Shown piece by piece: positions 10,225 to 20,132 of a DNA stretch of 64,000 bases; the first letter of the stretch is position 1, and the number at the start of each line of letters is the position of its first letter. The notes beneath the pieces were generated by a model. The model was not told where the DNA came from. It made no database searches and saw only the letters and a list, made by a program, of their open reading frames with translations. The position numbers were made by a program, and so were the translations under genes. Source of the stretch: Planctomycetota bacterium (GTDB taxonomy: Bacteria > Planctomycetota > UBA1135 > UBA2386). The stretch covers positions 3,360,001 to 3,424,000 of the forward strand of contig OZ245838.1 of assembly GCA_965228735.1 (NCBI GenBank), in the 5' to 3' direction.

Positions 10225-11445
10225 CTACAGGCCCTGGAGCACCCAGCTCTGGCAGTTGCTCAGCGCGGTGCCCGTGACACCGCCGCAGAGGACGACGCAC
10301 TGCGACGCGATCGGCAGACCGGCGAACGCGGGCACCGGCGGCGTCGCCACGTTGAACGTCGTCGAACCGTTGCAGCCCGCGACGCCGGACGTGATGTTGA
10401 AGCCGAGCGTCGGGCCGGGGCCGACGAGCAGCGGGCCGCAGAGCGGCGGGACGGTCGGAGCACCCGCCGAGCACGAACCGATCGACAGCAGGCACCACGC
10501 GAGCGCCGCTTCGGGCGCCTGGTCGAGGCCGAGCTGGATCGTGTTGCCGAGGATCGGCGCGTTGCGCAGGCTGTGCCAGTTGGTGCAGGTCGGGCACGTG
10601 CCGTTGGCGCACGGGTTGCCGGCCGGCGAGCTGCCGCGCGGGTGGAGCGTCAGATCGGTGTAGGGATCGTTCGGCGACTGCACGAACGGGCAGCACGTGA
10701 CGGGGCCGTAGGTGATCGCCGGGCCGGCTGCGACGTAGGCGTAGTTGAACGAGTAGGTGCTCGGGCCGTCGGTCCAGTAGAGCGTGGCGGCGCCCCAGTC
10801 CGCGGCCACGCCCTGCGGCGGGGTGAACGCGGCCGTGCACGACGGCATCGGCGAGACGGTGAACGGCGAGCACGGCGTCGCGATCTGCGCGACGTAGAGG
10901 TTGCCGCCGGTGGCGTTGATCGCGGTGTAGAACACGAGGCCGTTGCCGTCGTCGACGGCGACGCCGCTGATGCGGTCACCGGGCAACGTGTTGATCATGC
11001 ACTGCGCGACGATGACGGGCGGGCAACCGATGATGCACTGCGTGAGCCAGTTCTGGTCGTCGACGATCCAGAGCTGGTTCATCGACTCGACGACGTCGAG
11101 GCCGCTCGCGTTCGCGGCCGCGGAAGACTTCGGGCACGGCATCGGCGGGCACACGATCGTGCAGCCGGTCGTGCCGGTGTAGCTCGCGAGCACCTGGCCA
11201 CTCGTCGCCCAGGTGTCGTTCGTGGTGCCGTCGAACGCGGTGCCGCCGGCCGCGAAGCTCGTGTGCGGCGGCATGCCCGGCGCCGGGCAGCCCGGCATCG
11301 CGACGCAGGCACCGTGCACGGTGCGCGCGAGCGACTGCGTCGTGCGGGTAAGGCCATTGAGGGAGTAGCCCTGCGCCGCGACCGTGCCGGCCGTGAGCGC
11401 GATGGCGAAGAGGGAGGACGTGAGAACGTGGAAGTTGTTGGCCAT
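10225..11445 (-). CDS. Secreted Cys-rich (22 Cys) beta-propeller-like protein with a YWTD blade and shared C-terminal module
   Basis: Signal peptide AAQ; PQGVAADWGAATLYWTDG; C-terminus PPVPAFAGLPIASQ...ALSN. Confidence 0.75.
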   Translation of the reverse strand: MANNFHVLTSSLFAIALTAGTVAAQGYSLNGLTRTTQSLARTVHGACVAMPGCPAPGMPPHTSFAAGGTAFDGTTNDTWATSGQVLASYTGTTGCTIVCPPMPCPKSSAAANASGLDVVESMNQLWIVDDQNWLTQCIIGCPPVIVAQCMINTLPGDRISGVAVDDGNGLVFYTAINATGGNLYVAQIATPCSPFTVSPMPSCTAAFTPPQGVAADWGAATLYWTDGPSTYSFNYAYVAAGPAITYGPVTCCPFVQSPNDPYTDLTLHPRGSSPAGNPCANGTCPTCTNWHSLRNAPILGNTIQLGLDQAPEAALAWCLLSIGSCSAGAPTVPPLCGPLLVGPGPTLGFNITSGVAGCNGSTTFNVATPPVPAFAGLPIASQCVVLCGGVTGTALSNCQSWVLQGL

Positions 11446-11650
11446 GGGAGTGGGTTGGGTCAGGAGTCACCTCGGAAGGACCACCCCGGGCCGAGCGCAC
11501 GCGGAATCACCACGGATCGAACGCAATTCCGGCGGCTCTTGCGGACCTGGCCGATTGCGAACCGAATTCACCTCGAGAGCCGATTCTCGGGGCCACGGGC
11601 GATCCGCTGCCCGGACGTCGCCGTGCCATCGGGGCTTCACGGGACGGCAG

Positions 11651-11701
11651 GATTCGGTCACCATGCCGAATCATGACCGAGTTCGGCCCGAGAACCGAAT
11701 C
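11651..11701. promoter_or_regulatory. Two tandem TTCGG-N8-CCGAA palindromes straddling the satD-like start codon (candidate operator)
   Basis: gattcgg-tcaccatg-ccgaatc (11651-11672) and agttcgg-cccgagaa-ccgaatc (11680-11701); 29-bp period. Confidence 0.55.
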
Positions 11702-12389
11702 GACGTTCGTCGCCATCATCGCCGCCCGCGCGGGCCCCGATCGCCCCGATCGGCAGGATCCGCTGCGGCGCGCCGCGGACACGCTCAGCCGCGACCCGGA
11801 ACTCCGCCCCGCGCTCGCCGCCGACATCGAGGTGACCGCCGGGGACGCAGTGCAGGCGCTGCTCGCCTCACCGGTCGCCATCGTGCCGGTGTTGCAGCGA
11901 CTCAGTGACGCGATCCACCCCGAGCAGTTCGCGTTCGGGATCGGGGTCGGCTTGCTGAGCACGACGCTGCCGGCCGCGCGCTCGGCGCGCCGGCCAGCCC
12001 GGCTCGACGGTCCGTGTTGCCACGCCGCCCGCACGGCACTCGGAGCGGCGCAGAAGCGCGGCGCCTGGGCGACCGTCGCCGGGTTCGGCGCGCTCGACGA
12101 ACCGTTGACCGCGCTGCTCGAACTGATCGGCCGGCTGCGACAGCGCTGGACGGACAAGCAGGGCAGCTACGCGGTCGCGACCCGAACCGCGGCGCAGAAG
12201 GACGTCGCGGCGGAGTTCGACGTCAGTCCGTCGGTCGTCAGCGAGAGCCTCAAGGCCGCCAACTTCGACGTCGTGCGCCGCGGCGAGGCCGGCGCGATCG
12301 CGTTGTTCCGCCACTACGCCGGGCTCGAGCCGACCGCGCCAGAGAGCGACCCGGGCGCGCCCGCAGACAGCCGTCCGACACCCTCCTGA
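11673..12389 (+). CDS. SatD family protein (cyclase-like N-terminus, C-terminal HTH)
   Basis: TAGDAVQ, FGIGVG, DGPCCHAAR, WTDKQ...AQKDVAAEFDVSPSVVSESLKAA. Confidence 0.75.
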   Translation: MTEFGPRTESTFVAIIAARAGPDRPDRQDPLRRAADTLSRDPELRPALAADIEVTAGDAVQALLASPVAIVPVLQRLSDAIHPEQFAFGIGVGLLSTTLPAARSARRPARLDGPCCHAARTALGAAQKRGAWATVAGFGALDEPLTALLELIGRLRQRWTDKQGSYAVATRTAAQKDVAAEFDVSPSVVSESLKAANFDVVRRGEAGAIALFRHYAGLEPTAPESDPGAPADSRPTPS

Positions 12390-12442
12390 TCCTCGCAAGC
12401 GGCGCCGGTTTTCCGACCGCACCCGCGATACGATGCGCAGCC

Positions 12443-15400
12443 ATGTCTCGACGTCGGGTCGCGCGACTCGCTCTCGCCGCGCTGCTGCTGGCCAATGGTT
12501 CGAACGCGCAGCGCGTGCTGCGTAGCTTCACGGCCGACGATGGCTTGCCGCAGAACACGGTGAACTGCCTGCTGCAGGATCACCTGGGGTTCCTCGTCTT
12601 CGGCACGCAGAGCGGCATCGCGTGGTACGACGGCAAGCGGTTCACGACGTATCGCGCCGACCCGGCCGACCCCGACAGCCTGCCGATCGACAACGTCTGG
12701 GCCATGGTCGAACGCAGACCCGGCGAACTCTGGTTCGGCGGCCACCAGGGCCTCGCCGTGCTCGACCGGCGCACGGGCCGGGCCCGCCGGATCGAGACGC
12801 CGATCGCCAACCTGTCCGTCTACGCGCTGATGGTCGACGCCAGCGAGCGGCTGTGGGTCGGCGCGGCCCAGGGTCTGCTCTTGATCGGCGACGACGACCG
12901 GTTCATGCAACGCGAAGGGGCATTGGACCGGGCTTACGTCACCGGCCTCGCCCCGGCGCGGGACGGCGGCCTGTGGGTCGCGACCAACGGCCAGGGCCTG
13001 CACTACTTCGACCCGCTGGCGGGGACGTCGCGGCCCTACCGCCACGACGACGAGGACCCGCGTTCGCTGTCGAACGACCGGGTCTGGAGCGTGCTCGAGA
13101 CGAGCGACGGCACCGTATGGGCCGGCACGCGCGTCGGCCTCAACCGGCTCGATCACGAGACCGGCGCGTGGGACCACTTCCGGCACCATCCCAACGACGC
13201 GACGAGTCTGCCGAGCGACTGGGTGTGGCGGATGCTCGAAGACTCCGGCGGCCGACTCTGGGTCGGCACGCGCCAAGGCGGCCTCGCCCTCTACAACCCG
13301 GCGACCGCCACGTTCGAAGCGTTCCGGCGCAGCAATGCCGAGCCGAGAGCACTGATCGGCGATCGCGTCGCCTCGCTGGCCGAGGATCGTCGCGGCCGGC
13401 TCTGGGTCGGCACCACGGGCGGCGTATCCCTGATCGCTCCACGGCCAGCGCCGTTCGAGCCATGGGGCCCGGAAGCGAAGACCGCCGACACGTTGCCCAA
13501 CACGACGACGTGGGGCATCACGGACGCGCAGTCGCGCTTGTGGATCTGCACCTACGAGGGACTCTGGGTCGTCGACCCGCAGGCCGGAACACAGCAAGCG
13601 TTCCGCCATGACCCCGAGGATCCGACGTCGATCAACTCCGACTCGGTTTACCACGTCGCCGAAGACGCGGAGGGCCAGGTGTTGGTCGGAACCGCGCGGG
13701 GGCTCTGCCGGTTCGACTCGGCGACCGATACGTTCACCCGGTTCGAGAACGACCCCGAGAACCCCGACTCGCTCCACCTCGGTGGCGTCTATCGGCTGTA
13801 CCGCGACCGGCGCGACCGCCTGTGGATCGCTGCCGGCAGCAGCCTCGACCGCTGGCTCGGGAACGGTCGCTTCGCGCACTGTCGACCTGATGCGCGCAAG
13901 CGCCGGGCGATCTACTCCATCACGGAGGACACTGCCGGCCGCATCGTCTTCGGCGGCCACGACGGCCTGTGGCGACGGCACGATGACGGCACGATCGAGC
14001 GGCTCGGCGAGCACGTCGATGCGTTGCGACGTGGCGTCCTGACCATCGAACCCACGGGCGACGACCAGCTCTGGGTCGGCGGCCAGCTCGGCCTGGTGCA
14101 CCTCGATCTCGCGACGGGCAAGACGCGCACGATCGACGAGAGCGACGGCCTGCCGAGTCCCATCGTGAACACCGTGGTCGAGTCACCGACCGGTGAATTG
14201 TGGGTCTCGACCAACTGGGGCCTCGCGCGGATCGTCGACGTCAACACCGCGACCGAACGGATCTTCCGCTACACCGGCAGCGACCTGCTACCCGGCAACG
14301 AGTTCAACATGGGCTCGGCGTGCCTCGACTCCCGGGGTCGCCTGCACTTCGGGGGCATCGCCGGCATCATCAGTTTCGACCCCACGCGCATCCCGGTGCC
14401 GATCCCCGACCCGGTGGTCATCGCGACGGCGAACGCGGGAATGAGCGGCCGACCCGTGACCGCCGGCTCCCGAACGCGACCGCGATCGAAGAACCTGCTC
14501 CTGCCGCCGTACGCGGCCCACCTCGAGTTCGGGTCGGAGCACAGCCTGGTGAAGTTCCAGTTCGCCGTGATGCAGTTCGAGCATACCGACCGCAGTCGCT
14601 TCGAGTACCGGCTGGCCGGCCTCGACGACTGGGTCGCCGTCGACGAAGACTCGGTGACCTACGCCAACCTGCCGCCGGGCGAGTACGAGTTCGAGGTGCG
14701 CGGCCGCAACAACGCCGGCGTGTGGGCCGACGCCGTCAACAGCATCCGGGTCACCGTGCTGCCGGCGTGGTGGCAGTCGACCTGGTTCTTCGTGTTCGGC
14801 TCGTGTGCTGCAGCCGTGCTGCTCGCCGGCGCGTGGCGCTTGCGCACCCGGCAGTTGCGCCGCCACACCGATCTACTCGAGCTGCGCGCGGCCGAGCGCA
14901 CGGAAGAGCTCAGCACGACGGTCGAGTCGCTGCGCACGGAGATCGTCAACAGCCGGCAACTGCGCGGCCGCCTCGAACAGGCGCGCAAGATGGAGACGTT
15001 CGGCGTGATCGCGGCCGGCGTCGCGCACGACCTGAACAACGCGCTGTCCGGCATCGTGACGCTGCCGGACCTGCTGCTGGCCCGAATGCCGGAGGACGAT
15101 CCGATGCGGAAGTCGATCGCCGACATCCGCGGAGCCGGCGAACGGGCCGCGACCATCGTCCGCGAGCTGCAGTCGATGGGCCGTCGGCGACCGCTGTCGC
15201 TCACGCCGACCGATCTCAACGAACTCGTGACGAGCTACTGCCGTTCTCCGGAGTTCGAGCAGCTCGCGGCCAATCATCCGGACGTCGCGGTCGTCGTCGA
15301 CGTGCCGAAGGGCGAGGACGCCGAGCCTGTCACGATCGCCGCGGCGCCGGAGCAGCTCGTCCGGGCGCTCGCGAACCTCGCACTCAACGGCTTCGAGTGT

Positions 15401-16135
15401 CAGCCGGGCGGCGGTCGGCTGACGCTGTCGACTCGCATCGAACACGTCGTGGAACGGCGCGTGCGTTACGAGGTCATCGAGCCCGGGACCTACGCGGTCA
15501 TCGCGGTGGCAGACGTTGGGACGGGTATCGAACCGGACGATCTGCGGCGCTTGTTCGAGCCGTTCTTCAGCCGCAAGTCGCTCGGCAGCAGCGGCACGGG
15601 CCTCGGGCTGACGATCGCGTGGAACACGGTGCACGAACACGATGGCGTGATCGACGTCGAGAGCACGCCCGGCAAGGGCACGTGCTTCGAGCTCTACCTG
15701 CCGCTGCTGCACGCGCCGACCCCGAGCACGGCGAACGAACCGCCGGCGCCGCGCGGCAACGGCGAGTCGGTGCTCGTCGTCGACGACGAGTCCGAGCAGC
15801 GCCGCCTCGCCGTGGCCGCGCTCGAGGGCCTCGGCTATCGCGCGACGGCCGTCGCCACCGCCGCCGACGCGGTCGACCTCGCGAACGATTCGACGTTCGA
15901 TCTCTACGTGCTCGACGTGATGCTCGGCCCCGACTCCGACGGCATCGCGGCGTTCCGTGCGATCCGCGAAGTCGCACCCGACGCGCGCGCGATCCTCGCG
16001 ACCGGCCACACGGACGAAGCGCGTTCGGCGCTCGCGCGCGAGCTCGGGATCACGACCCGGCTCGACAAGCCGTACACGATCGCGGCGCTCGCGATCGCCG
16101 TGCGGCAGGGTCTCGACGGCGCGCGCCTGACGTAG
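12443..16135 (+). CDS. Hybrid sensor histidine kinase/response regulator with periplasmic Reg_prop propellers and Y_Y_Y domain
   Basis: DGLPQNTV, repeated D..G.LWVGT..GL, YRLAG...YANLPPGEYEFEVRG, TM helix, AHDLNN H-box, DVGTGI/GTGLGL, REC (VVDD..D..K). Confidence 0.93.
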   Translation: MSRRRVARLALAALLLANGSNAQRVLRSFTADDGLPQNTVNCLLQDHLGFLVFGTQSGIAWYDGKRFTTYRADPADPDSLPIDNVWAMVERRPGELWFGGHQGLAVLDRRTGRARRIETPIANLSVYALMVDASERLWVGAAQGLLLIGDDDRFMQREGALDRAYVTGLAPARDGGLWVATNGQGLHYFDPLAGTSRPYRHDDEDPRSLSNDRVWSVLETSDGTVWAGTRVGLNRLDHETGAWDHFRHHPNDATSLPSDWVWRMLEDSGGRLWVGTRQGGLALYNPATATFEAFRRSNAEPRALIGDRVASLAEDRRGRLWVGTTGGVSLIAPRPAPFEPWGPEAKTADTLPNTTTWGITDAQSRLWICTYEGLWVVDPQAGTQQAFRHDPEDPTSINSDSVYHVAEDAEGQVLVGTARGLCRFDSATDTFTRFENDPENPDSLHLGGVYRLYRDRRDRLWIAAGSSLDRWLGNGRFAHCRPDARKRRAIYSITEDTAGRIVFGGHDGLWRRHDDGTIERLGEHVDALRRGVLTIEPTGDDQLWVGGQLGLVHLDLATGKTRTIDESDGLPSPIVNTVVESPTGELWVSTNWGLARIVDVNTATERIFRYTGSDLLPGNEFNMGSACLDSRGRLHFGGIAGIISFDPTRIPVPIPDPVVIATANAGMSGRPVTAGSRTRPRSKNLLLPPYAAHLEFGSEHSLVKFQFAVMQFEHTDRSRFEYRLAGLDDWVAVDEDSVTYANLPPGEYEFEVRGRNNAGVWADAVNSIRVTVLPAWWQSTWFFVFGSCAAAVLLAGAWRLRTRQLRRHTDLLELRAAERTEELSTTVESLRTEIVNSRQLRGRLEQARKMETFGVIAAGVAHDLNNALSGIVTLPDLLLARMPEDDPMRKSIADIRGAGERAATIVRELQSMGRRRPLSLTPTDLNELVTSYCRSPEFEQLAANHPDVAVVVDVPKGEDAEPVTIAAAPEQLVRALANLALNGFECQPGGGRLTLSTRIEHVVERRVRYEVIEPGTYAVIAVADVGTGIEPDDLRRLFEPFFSRKSLGSSGTGLGLTIAWNTVHEHDGVIDVESTPGKGTCFELYLPLLHAPTPSTANEPPAPRGNGESVLVVDDESEQRRLAVAALEGLGYRATAVATAADAVDLANDSTFDLYVLDVMLGPDSDGIAAFRAIREVAPDARAILATGHTDEARSALARELGITTRLDKPYTIAALAIAVRQGLDGARLT

Positions 16136-16156
16136 GGCCGAGCAGCCGCACGCGAC

Positions 16157-17965
16157 TCAACGCCGAACGAGCACCTGCACCGAGTTCGTCGCGTAGAGCT
16201 GCCCCGTCGCGGCCTCGTACGAGAAGCCCTGCACGTGGAACCGCAGACCCTCGAGGCTCGGATCGGCCGGGATCGGCACGGTCAGCGACGCGGTCGGCGC
16301 CGCGGCCGAGAAGCCGCCGAGGCCGAGCGGGACGACGGGCGTCGCGAGCAGGATGCGGCCGGACCAGCCGTAGAGCGGCTGGTTGTCGGGCGTCACGCTG
16401 CCGAGGAACGACCAGAGGTCGTTCGCCCCGGCACTGAACGGCGGCACGAGGTCGACGTAGGACGACAGCCCGGTGCGCGGTTCGCCGCGCAGCTTCAGAC
16501 CGCGCGCGATCCCCGTGGCCGCCAGCAACTCGGCGGCGTCCGGGCGGTTGCCGATGATCGGGATCGTCGGCGTGCCGGTGGTCTGCAGCAGACTGCGGAT
16601 CGCGGCGCCATCCAGCGCGGCCGCCGCCGCCGGATCGAGCTGCGCGACCGCGGCGCCGCGCAGACCGGCGACGACGCCCGTCACGATCGCGCTCGCCGAC
16701 GACGTGCCGCCGAACCCCGAGGCGTAGAGCTGGCGCGGATCACCCGGGTCGAACATCGTGCCGTAGCCCGCGGTCGTGACCCAGTAGCCCCAGCCGTTGC
16801 AGTCGATGCGCGAACCGTAGTTGCTGAAGTTGGCACGCGACGCGATGCCCGCGCCCGACGCCGCGACGACGATCGCCCCCGAGTCGCGCACGTTGCGATT
16901 GAACAGCCCCCCGAGCTGCGGATGGTCGAGATCGACGCTGCCGTTGCCCGCCGCCTCGACGACGATGATGCCGAGCCCGGTCGCGGTCTCGATCGCGTCG
17001 TAGATCAGCTGGTCCCACTCCACGGGCAGATACAGGAAGCCGATCGGCCCGGCGATCTGCTGCTCGATCAGCAGCACGTCGCCGGCGGACAGAACCGTCA
17101 ACCCGGTGAGGATCGCGCCCGCGACGTCGGGCCAGCCGAACGCTTCCGACGTCGACACGTAGAACTCGACATCGGGCGCCAGACCCGTCACGCCGTAGCG
17201 GTCCGGATCGGCAGCGATGATGCCGGCGACCGCGGTGCCGTGGTCCTCGTAGAAGCCGCCGAACGGCAGTCCCACGTTCGAACTCGGCCGCAGTGCCGAG
17301 ATGTCCTCGTGCTGCAGCTGCCAGCCGTACTCGACGTCGACCACGCGGATGCCGTTCCCCGAACCGCCGGTCAGGAACAGTAACGCCGCGGCATCGACGC
17401 CCGACGGTGCGGGCATGCGGTGCCCCTGGAACGTCGTGAAGTCGGGCGTCGTCGGCGGGATGTCGCCGAACGGCCGCGCAGCCTCGGTCGAGAGCACGCC
17501 GGGCGGCGGCGCGGGCAGCGACCGGACGTAGGCGAGCTCGACGACCGCGAGTTCGTTGAGTGCGCGCACGAGCGCGCGTGAATCGTGACCGCCGGTCGTC
17601 GTCACCTCGAAGTAGAGCCCGAAGTCGACCGCGGGCCGCGCCCCGTCCGGCAGCGAGGCGAGCTGGCGGGCGCGCAACGCCGCGAGCTCACGCTCCTGGC
17701 GTTCGAAGAACGGCCGCACCTGCCGGCCGCCGAGCACCTCGCGGATCGAGGCATCGACGATGCGCCGGTCGCGCACGAGCTCCGGCCGGCCCTCGACGAG
17801 CTTCACGAGCACCCGATCCTGCGCCGCCGCGACGGGCAGGTCGTTGGCGATCGCCTTCGGCATGACGACGCGCCGCGGCATACCTGCCTGCGCGCAGAGC
17901 GGACCGAGACCGGCGGAGAACGTCATCGCGAACGCGGCGACGCCGAGCAGGGAGCAGCGGTTCAT
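16157..17965 (-). CDS. Secreted S8 (subtilisin-like) serine peptidase with shared C-terminal module
   Basis: Triad motifs VVDVE, DHGTAV, GGTSSAS; oxyanion AAGN; signal peptide CAQ. Confidence 0.92.
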   Translation of the reverse strand: MNRCSLLGVAAFAMTFSAGLGPLCAQAGMPRRVVMPKAIANDLPVAAAQDRVLVKLVEGRPELVRDRRIVDASIREVLGGRQVRPFFERQERELAALRARQLASLPDGARPAVDFGLYFEVTTTGGHDSRALVRALNELAVVELAYVRSLPAPPPGVLSTEAARPFGDIPPTTPDFTTFQGHRMPAPSGVDAAALLFLTGGSGNGIRVVDVEYGWQLQHEDISALRPSSNVGLPFGGFYEDHGTAVAGIIAADPDRYGVTGLAPDVEFYVSTSEAFGWPDVAGAILTGLTVLSAGDVLLIEQQIAGPIGFLYLPVEWDQLIYDAIETATGLGIIVVEAAGNGSVDLDHPQLGGLFNRNVRDSGAIVVAASGAGIASRANFSNYGSRIDCNGWGYWVTTAGYGTMFDPGDPRQLYASGFGGTSSASAIVTGVVAGLRGAAVAQLDPAAAAALDGAAIRSLLQTTGTPTIPIIGNRPDAAELLAATGIARGLKLRGEPRTGLSSYVDLVPPFSAGANDLWSFLGSVTPDNQPLYGWSGRILLATPVVPLGLGGFSAAAPTASLTVPIPADPSLEGLRFHVQGFSYEAATGQLYATNSVQVLVRR

Positions 17966-18046
17966 GGCTTCCCGCACATACTCCGGCCGGAGCGCGCGGT
18001 AACGCAACAGGGCGCACCTGGCCGCATGGAGAACGAGCGGAAACGC

Positions 18047-19504
18047 TCAGCGCATCGCCGCGCGGCAGCGGGAGACGATCCCGGACGCGCGCTCGACCTC
18101 GCGCGGGCCGACGCCGCGGGATCGGCCGGCGAGCTCGGCGGCCCGCTCCGCGTGATCGAGCGCGCGCGTCGGCTGATCGCCGGCGAGCAGCAGCTCGGCG
18201 AGGGTGAGGCGGAGCAACACCTCGGTCTCGGGACAGCGTTCGACGATCGCCGCGAGCTCGCGCTCGAGTCGGTCGATCGTGGCGACCGCGATCGTCACGG
18301 ACTCCGCGGCGAGCGCGACGAGGCTGCGTTCGTAGGCCGCAGCGGCCTGCCGCGCCTGCGTGTGCGCGCCCCAGCCGAGGCTCGCCTCCGCCTGCGCCTC
18401 GCGGCGCCCGAGATGCGCCGAGATCCAGCCGACCGCGAGCGCGAGCACGACGGCAGCGGCGAACGCGAGCGACCAGGAGTGGCGCCGCGCGAAGAGACGC
18501 GAACGCCGCAACGCATCGACCGGCCCCGCTCTCACCGGCTCGTGCGCGAGAAACCGCCGCAGGTCCGCGCCCATCGCAGAAGCGGACGGGTACCGGTCCG
18601 CCGGCCGGGCCGCGGTCGCGCGTTCGACGATCGCCCGCAGATCCGCTTCGGTGACGCGGCCGTCGGGATCGCCCGTGAGCAGTTCCTGCAGCAATCGACC
18701 GAGTGCGAACACGTCGCTTGCCGCGGTCACCGGGGCTCCGGTCAGTTGCTCGGGACTCGCGTACGCGGGCGTCATCGGCGCCGACCCATCGCCGGCACCG
18801 TCGTCGAGCATCGTCGCGATCCCGAAGTCGAGCAGGCGCGGCGCACCGTCGCCCAGAACGAGCACGTTGGACGGTTTGAGATCGCGATGGACGACGAGCT
18901 GCGTGTGCGCGTACTGCAGCGCATCCGCAACGCGAGCGCCGAGCGCGACTCGCTCCGCCACGGACCTCGCCTCTGCCCAATCCAGCGCCGTCATGCCGTC
19001 CACGAACTCCATCGCGAGGAACGGGCGACCGTCCGGCAACGCTCCGACATCGAGGAACGTGACGATGAGCTCGTGGTCGAGCCGCGCGAGCGTCGCACGT
19101 TCGCGCTCGAAGCGCCGCAGGAACGCGGCCGAGTCGAGCCCTTCGCGCAGCACCTTGAGGGCGACGCGACGCCGCGTCCCGGCGACGATGCGAACGGCGC
19201 GGTAGACGTGCGCCATGCCGCCCGTCGCCACGTGCGCCTCGATCTCGTAGCCGCGCTCGCCGTCGCCGATCACCGTGCCGCAGAGCGCCTCGGGGTCGTC
19301 GTCCTGCTGCAGCCGTTCGAGCAAGTCACCGGCACCGCGTTCGAACTCGGCCAACGGTCGGCGCGCCGCGGTGAGCATGGCGCGCAGCTCGGAAGCCAGG
19401 GCCGGGTCGCCGTCGCATCGTTCTCGCAACAGCCGTTCCTGCTCGGACACCGGCAGGTCCACCCCTCTGTCGAACAGCTCCGTGAGTCTCTGGAAGCGGC
19501 TCAT
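18047..19504 (-). CDS. Membrane-anchored Hanks-type Ser/Thr protein kinase
   Basis: TGGMAHVY, VALK, HRDLKPSN, DFG, TPAYASPE; TM helix and short helical/TPR-like C-terminus; ATG overlaps the ECF stop (ATGA). Confidence 0.93.
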   Translation of the reverse strand: MSRFQRLTELFDRGVDLPVSEQERLLRERCDGDPALASELRAMLTAARRPLAEFERGAGDLLERLQQDDDPEALCGTVIGDGERGYEIEAHVATGGMAHVYRAVRIVAGTRRRVALKVLREGLDSAAFLRRFERERATLARLDHELIVTFLDVGALPDGRPFLAMEFVDGMTALDWAEARSVAERVALGARVADALQYAHTQLVVHRDLKPSNVLVLGDGAPRLLDFGIATMLDDGAGDGSAPMTPAYASPEQLTGAPVTAASDVFALGRLLQELLTGDPDGRVTEADLRAIVERATAARPADRYPSASAMGADLRRFLAHEPVRAGPVDALRRSRLFARRHSWSLAFAAAVVLALAVGWISAHLGRREAQAEASLGWGAHTQARQAAAAYERSLVALAAESVTIAVATIDRLERELAAIVERCPETEVLLRLTLAELLLAGDQPTRALDHAERAAELAGRSRGVGPREVERASGIVSRCRAAMR

Positions 19505-20013
19505 CGATCCTCCTCGAGCATGTGCTGTTGCAACCACGCGGCGGCGAGCTGCCACCGGCGCTTCACCGAGCGCTCCGACAGGTGCAGCGTCACGGCGAGC
19601 TCCGCCACCGACTGCCCGCCGTAGAACTTCAGCTCCGCGAGCCGCGCGAGCTCGGCGTCGATCCCGGCGAGAGCCGTGAGCGCGGCGTCGAAGTCGAGCG
19701 CGAAGTCCTGCGGCTCGGGCCGCGCGGCGAGTCCGCTGATCGTCGTGCGACGCAGGCCGGCGCCGCGCTTGCCCGCCTGTCGCCGGCGCGCGTGATCCGT
19801 GAGGATCCGCCGCATCGCCTGCGCCGCGAGACCGAGGAACGCGCCGCGCTCGAGCTCGGGCGCATTGCGGCTCCGGCTGAGCCGCAGCCAGACCTCGTGC
19901 GCGAGCGCGGTCGGCTCGAGCGTGTGGTCGGACCGTTCGCCGGCCATCGCGGCGTCGGCCAGCTGGCGCAGCTCGGCGTAGACCACGGGCAACAGGTCGG
20001 TTTGCTCGGACAT
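19501..20013 (-). CDS. ECF-type sigma factor, TIGR02999-like (kinase-associated)
   Basis: LLPVVYAELRQLA...DHTLEPTALAHE.WLRL...AAQAMRRILTDHARRR...KRG...SERSVKRRW. Confidence 0.92.
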   Translation of the reverse strand: MSEQTDLLPVVYAELRQLADAAMAGERSDHTLEPTALAHEVWLRLSRSRNAPELERGAFLGLAAQAMRRILTDHARRRQAGKRGAGLRRTTISGLAARPEPQDFALDFDAALTALAGIDAELARLAELKFYGGQSVAELAVTLHLSERSVKRRWQLAAAWLQQHMLEEDR

Positions 20014-20132
20014 CTCGGTGGACACAGTCTCGGGAGGAGAGCGCGCGGGGGCAGGGTGGCGGGCCACTTTTTCGGCGATTGGCCCGCGCCGCGACGATCG
20101 GGCGCTCTTGCGGCGGATACCCGACCAAGGCC

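Noticed and set aside
12014..12442. N-terminal extension of the kinase ORF (similar extensions at 24143, 28382, 53305 and 20158)
   Set aside because: Extensions overlap real upstream genes and read as GC-rich noise; signal peptides or gene overlaps identify later starts
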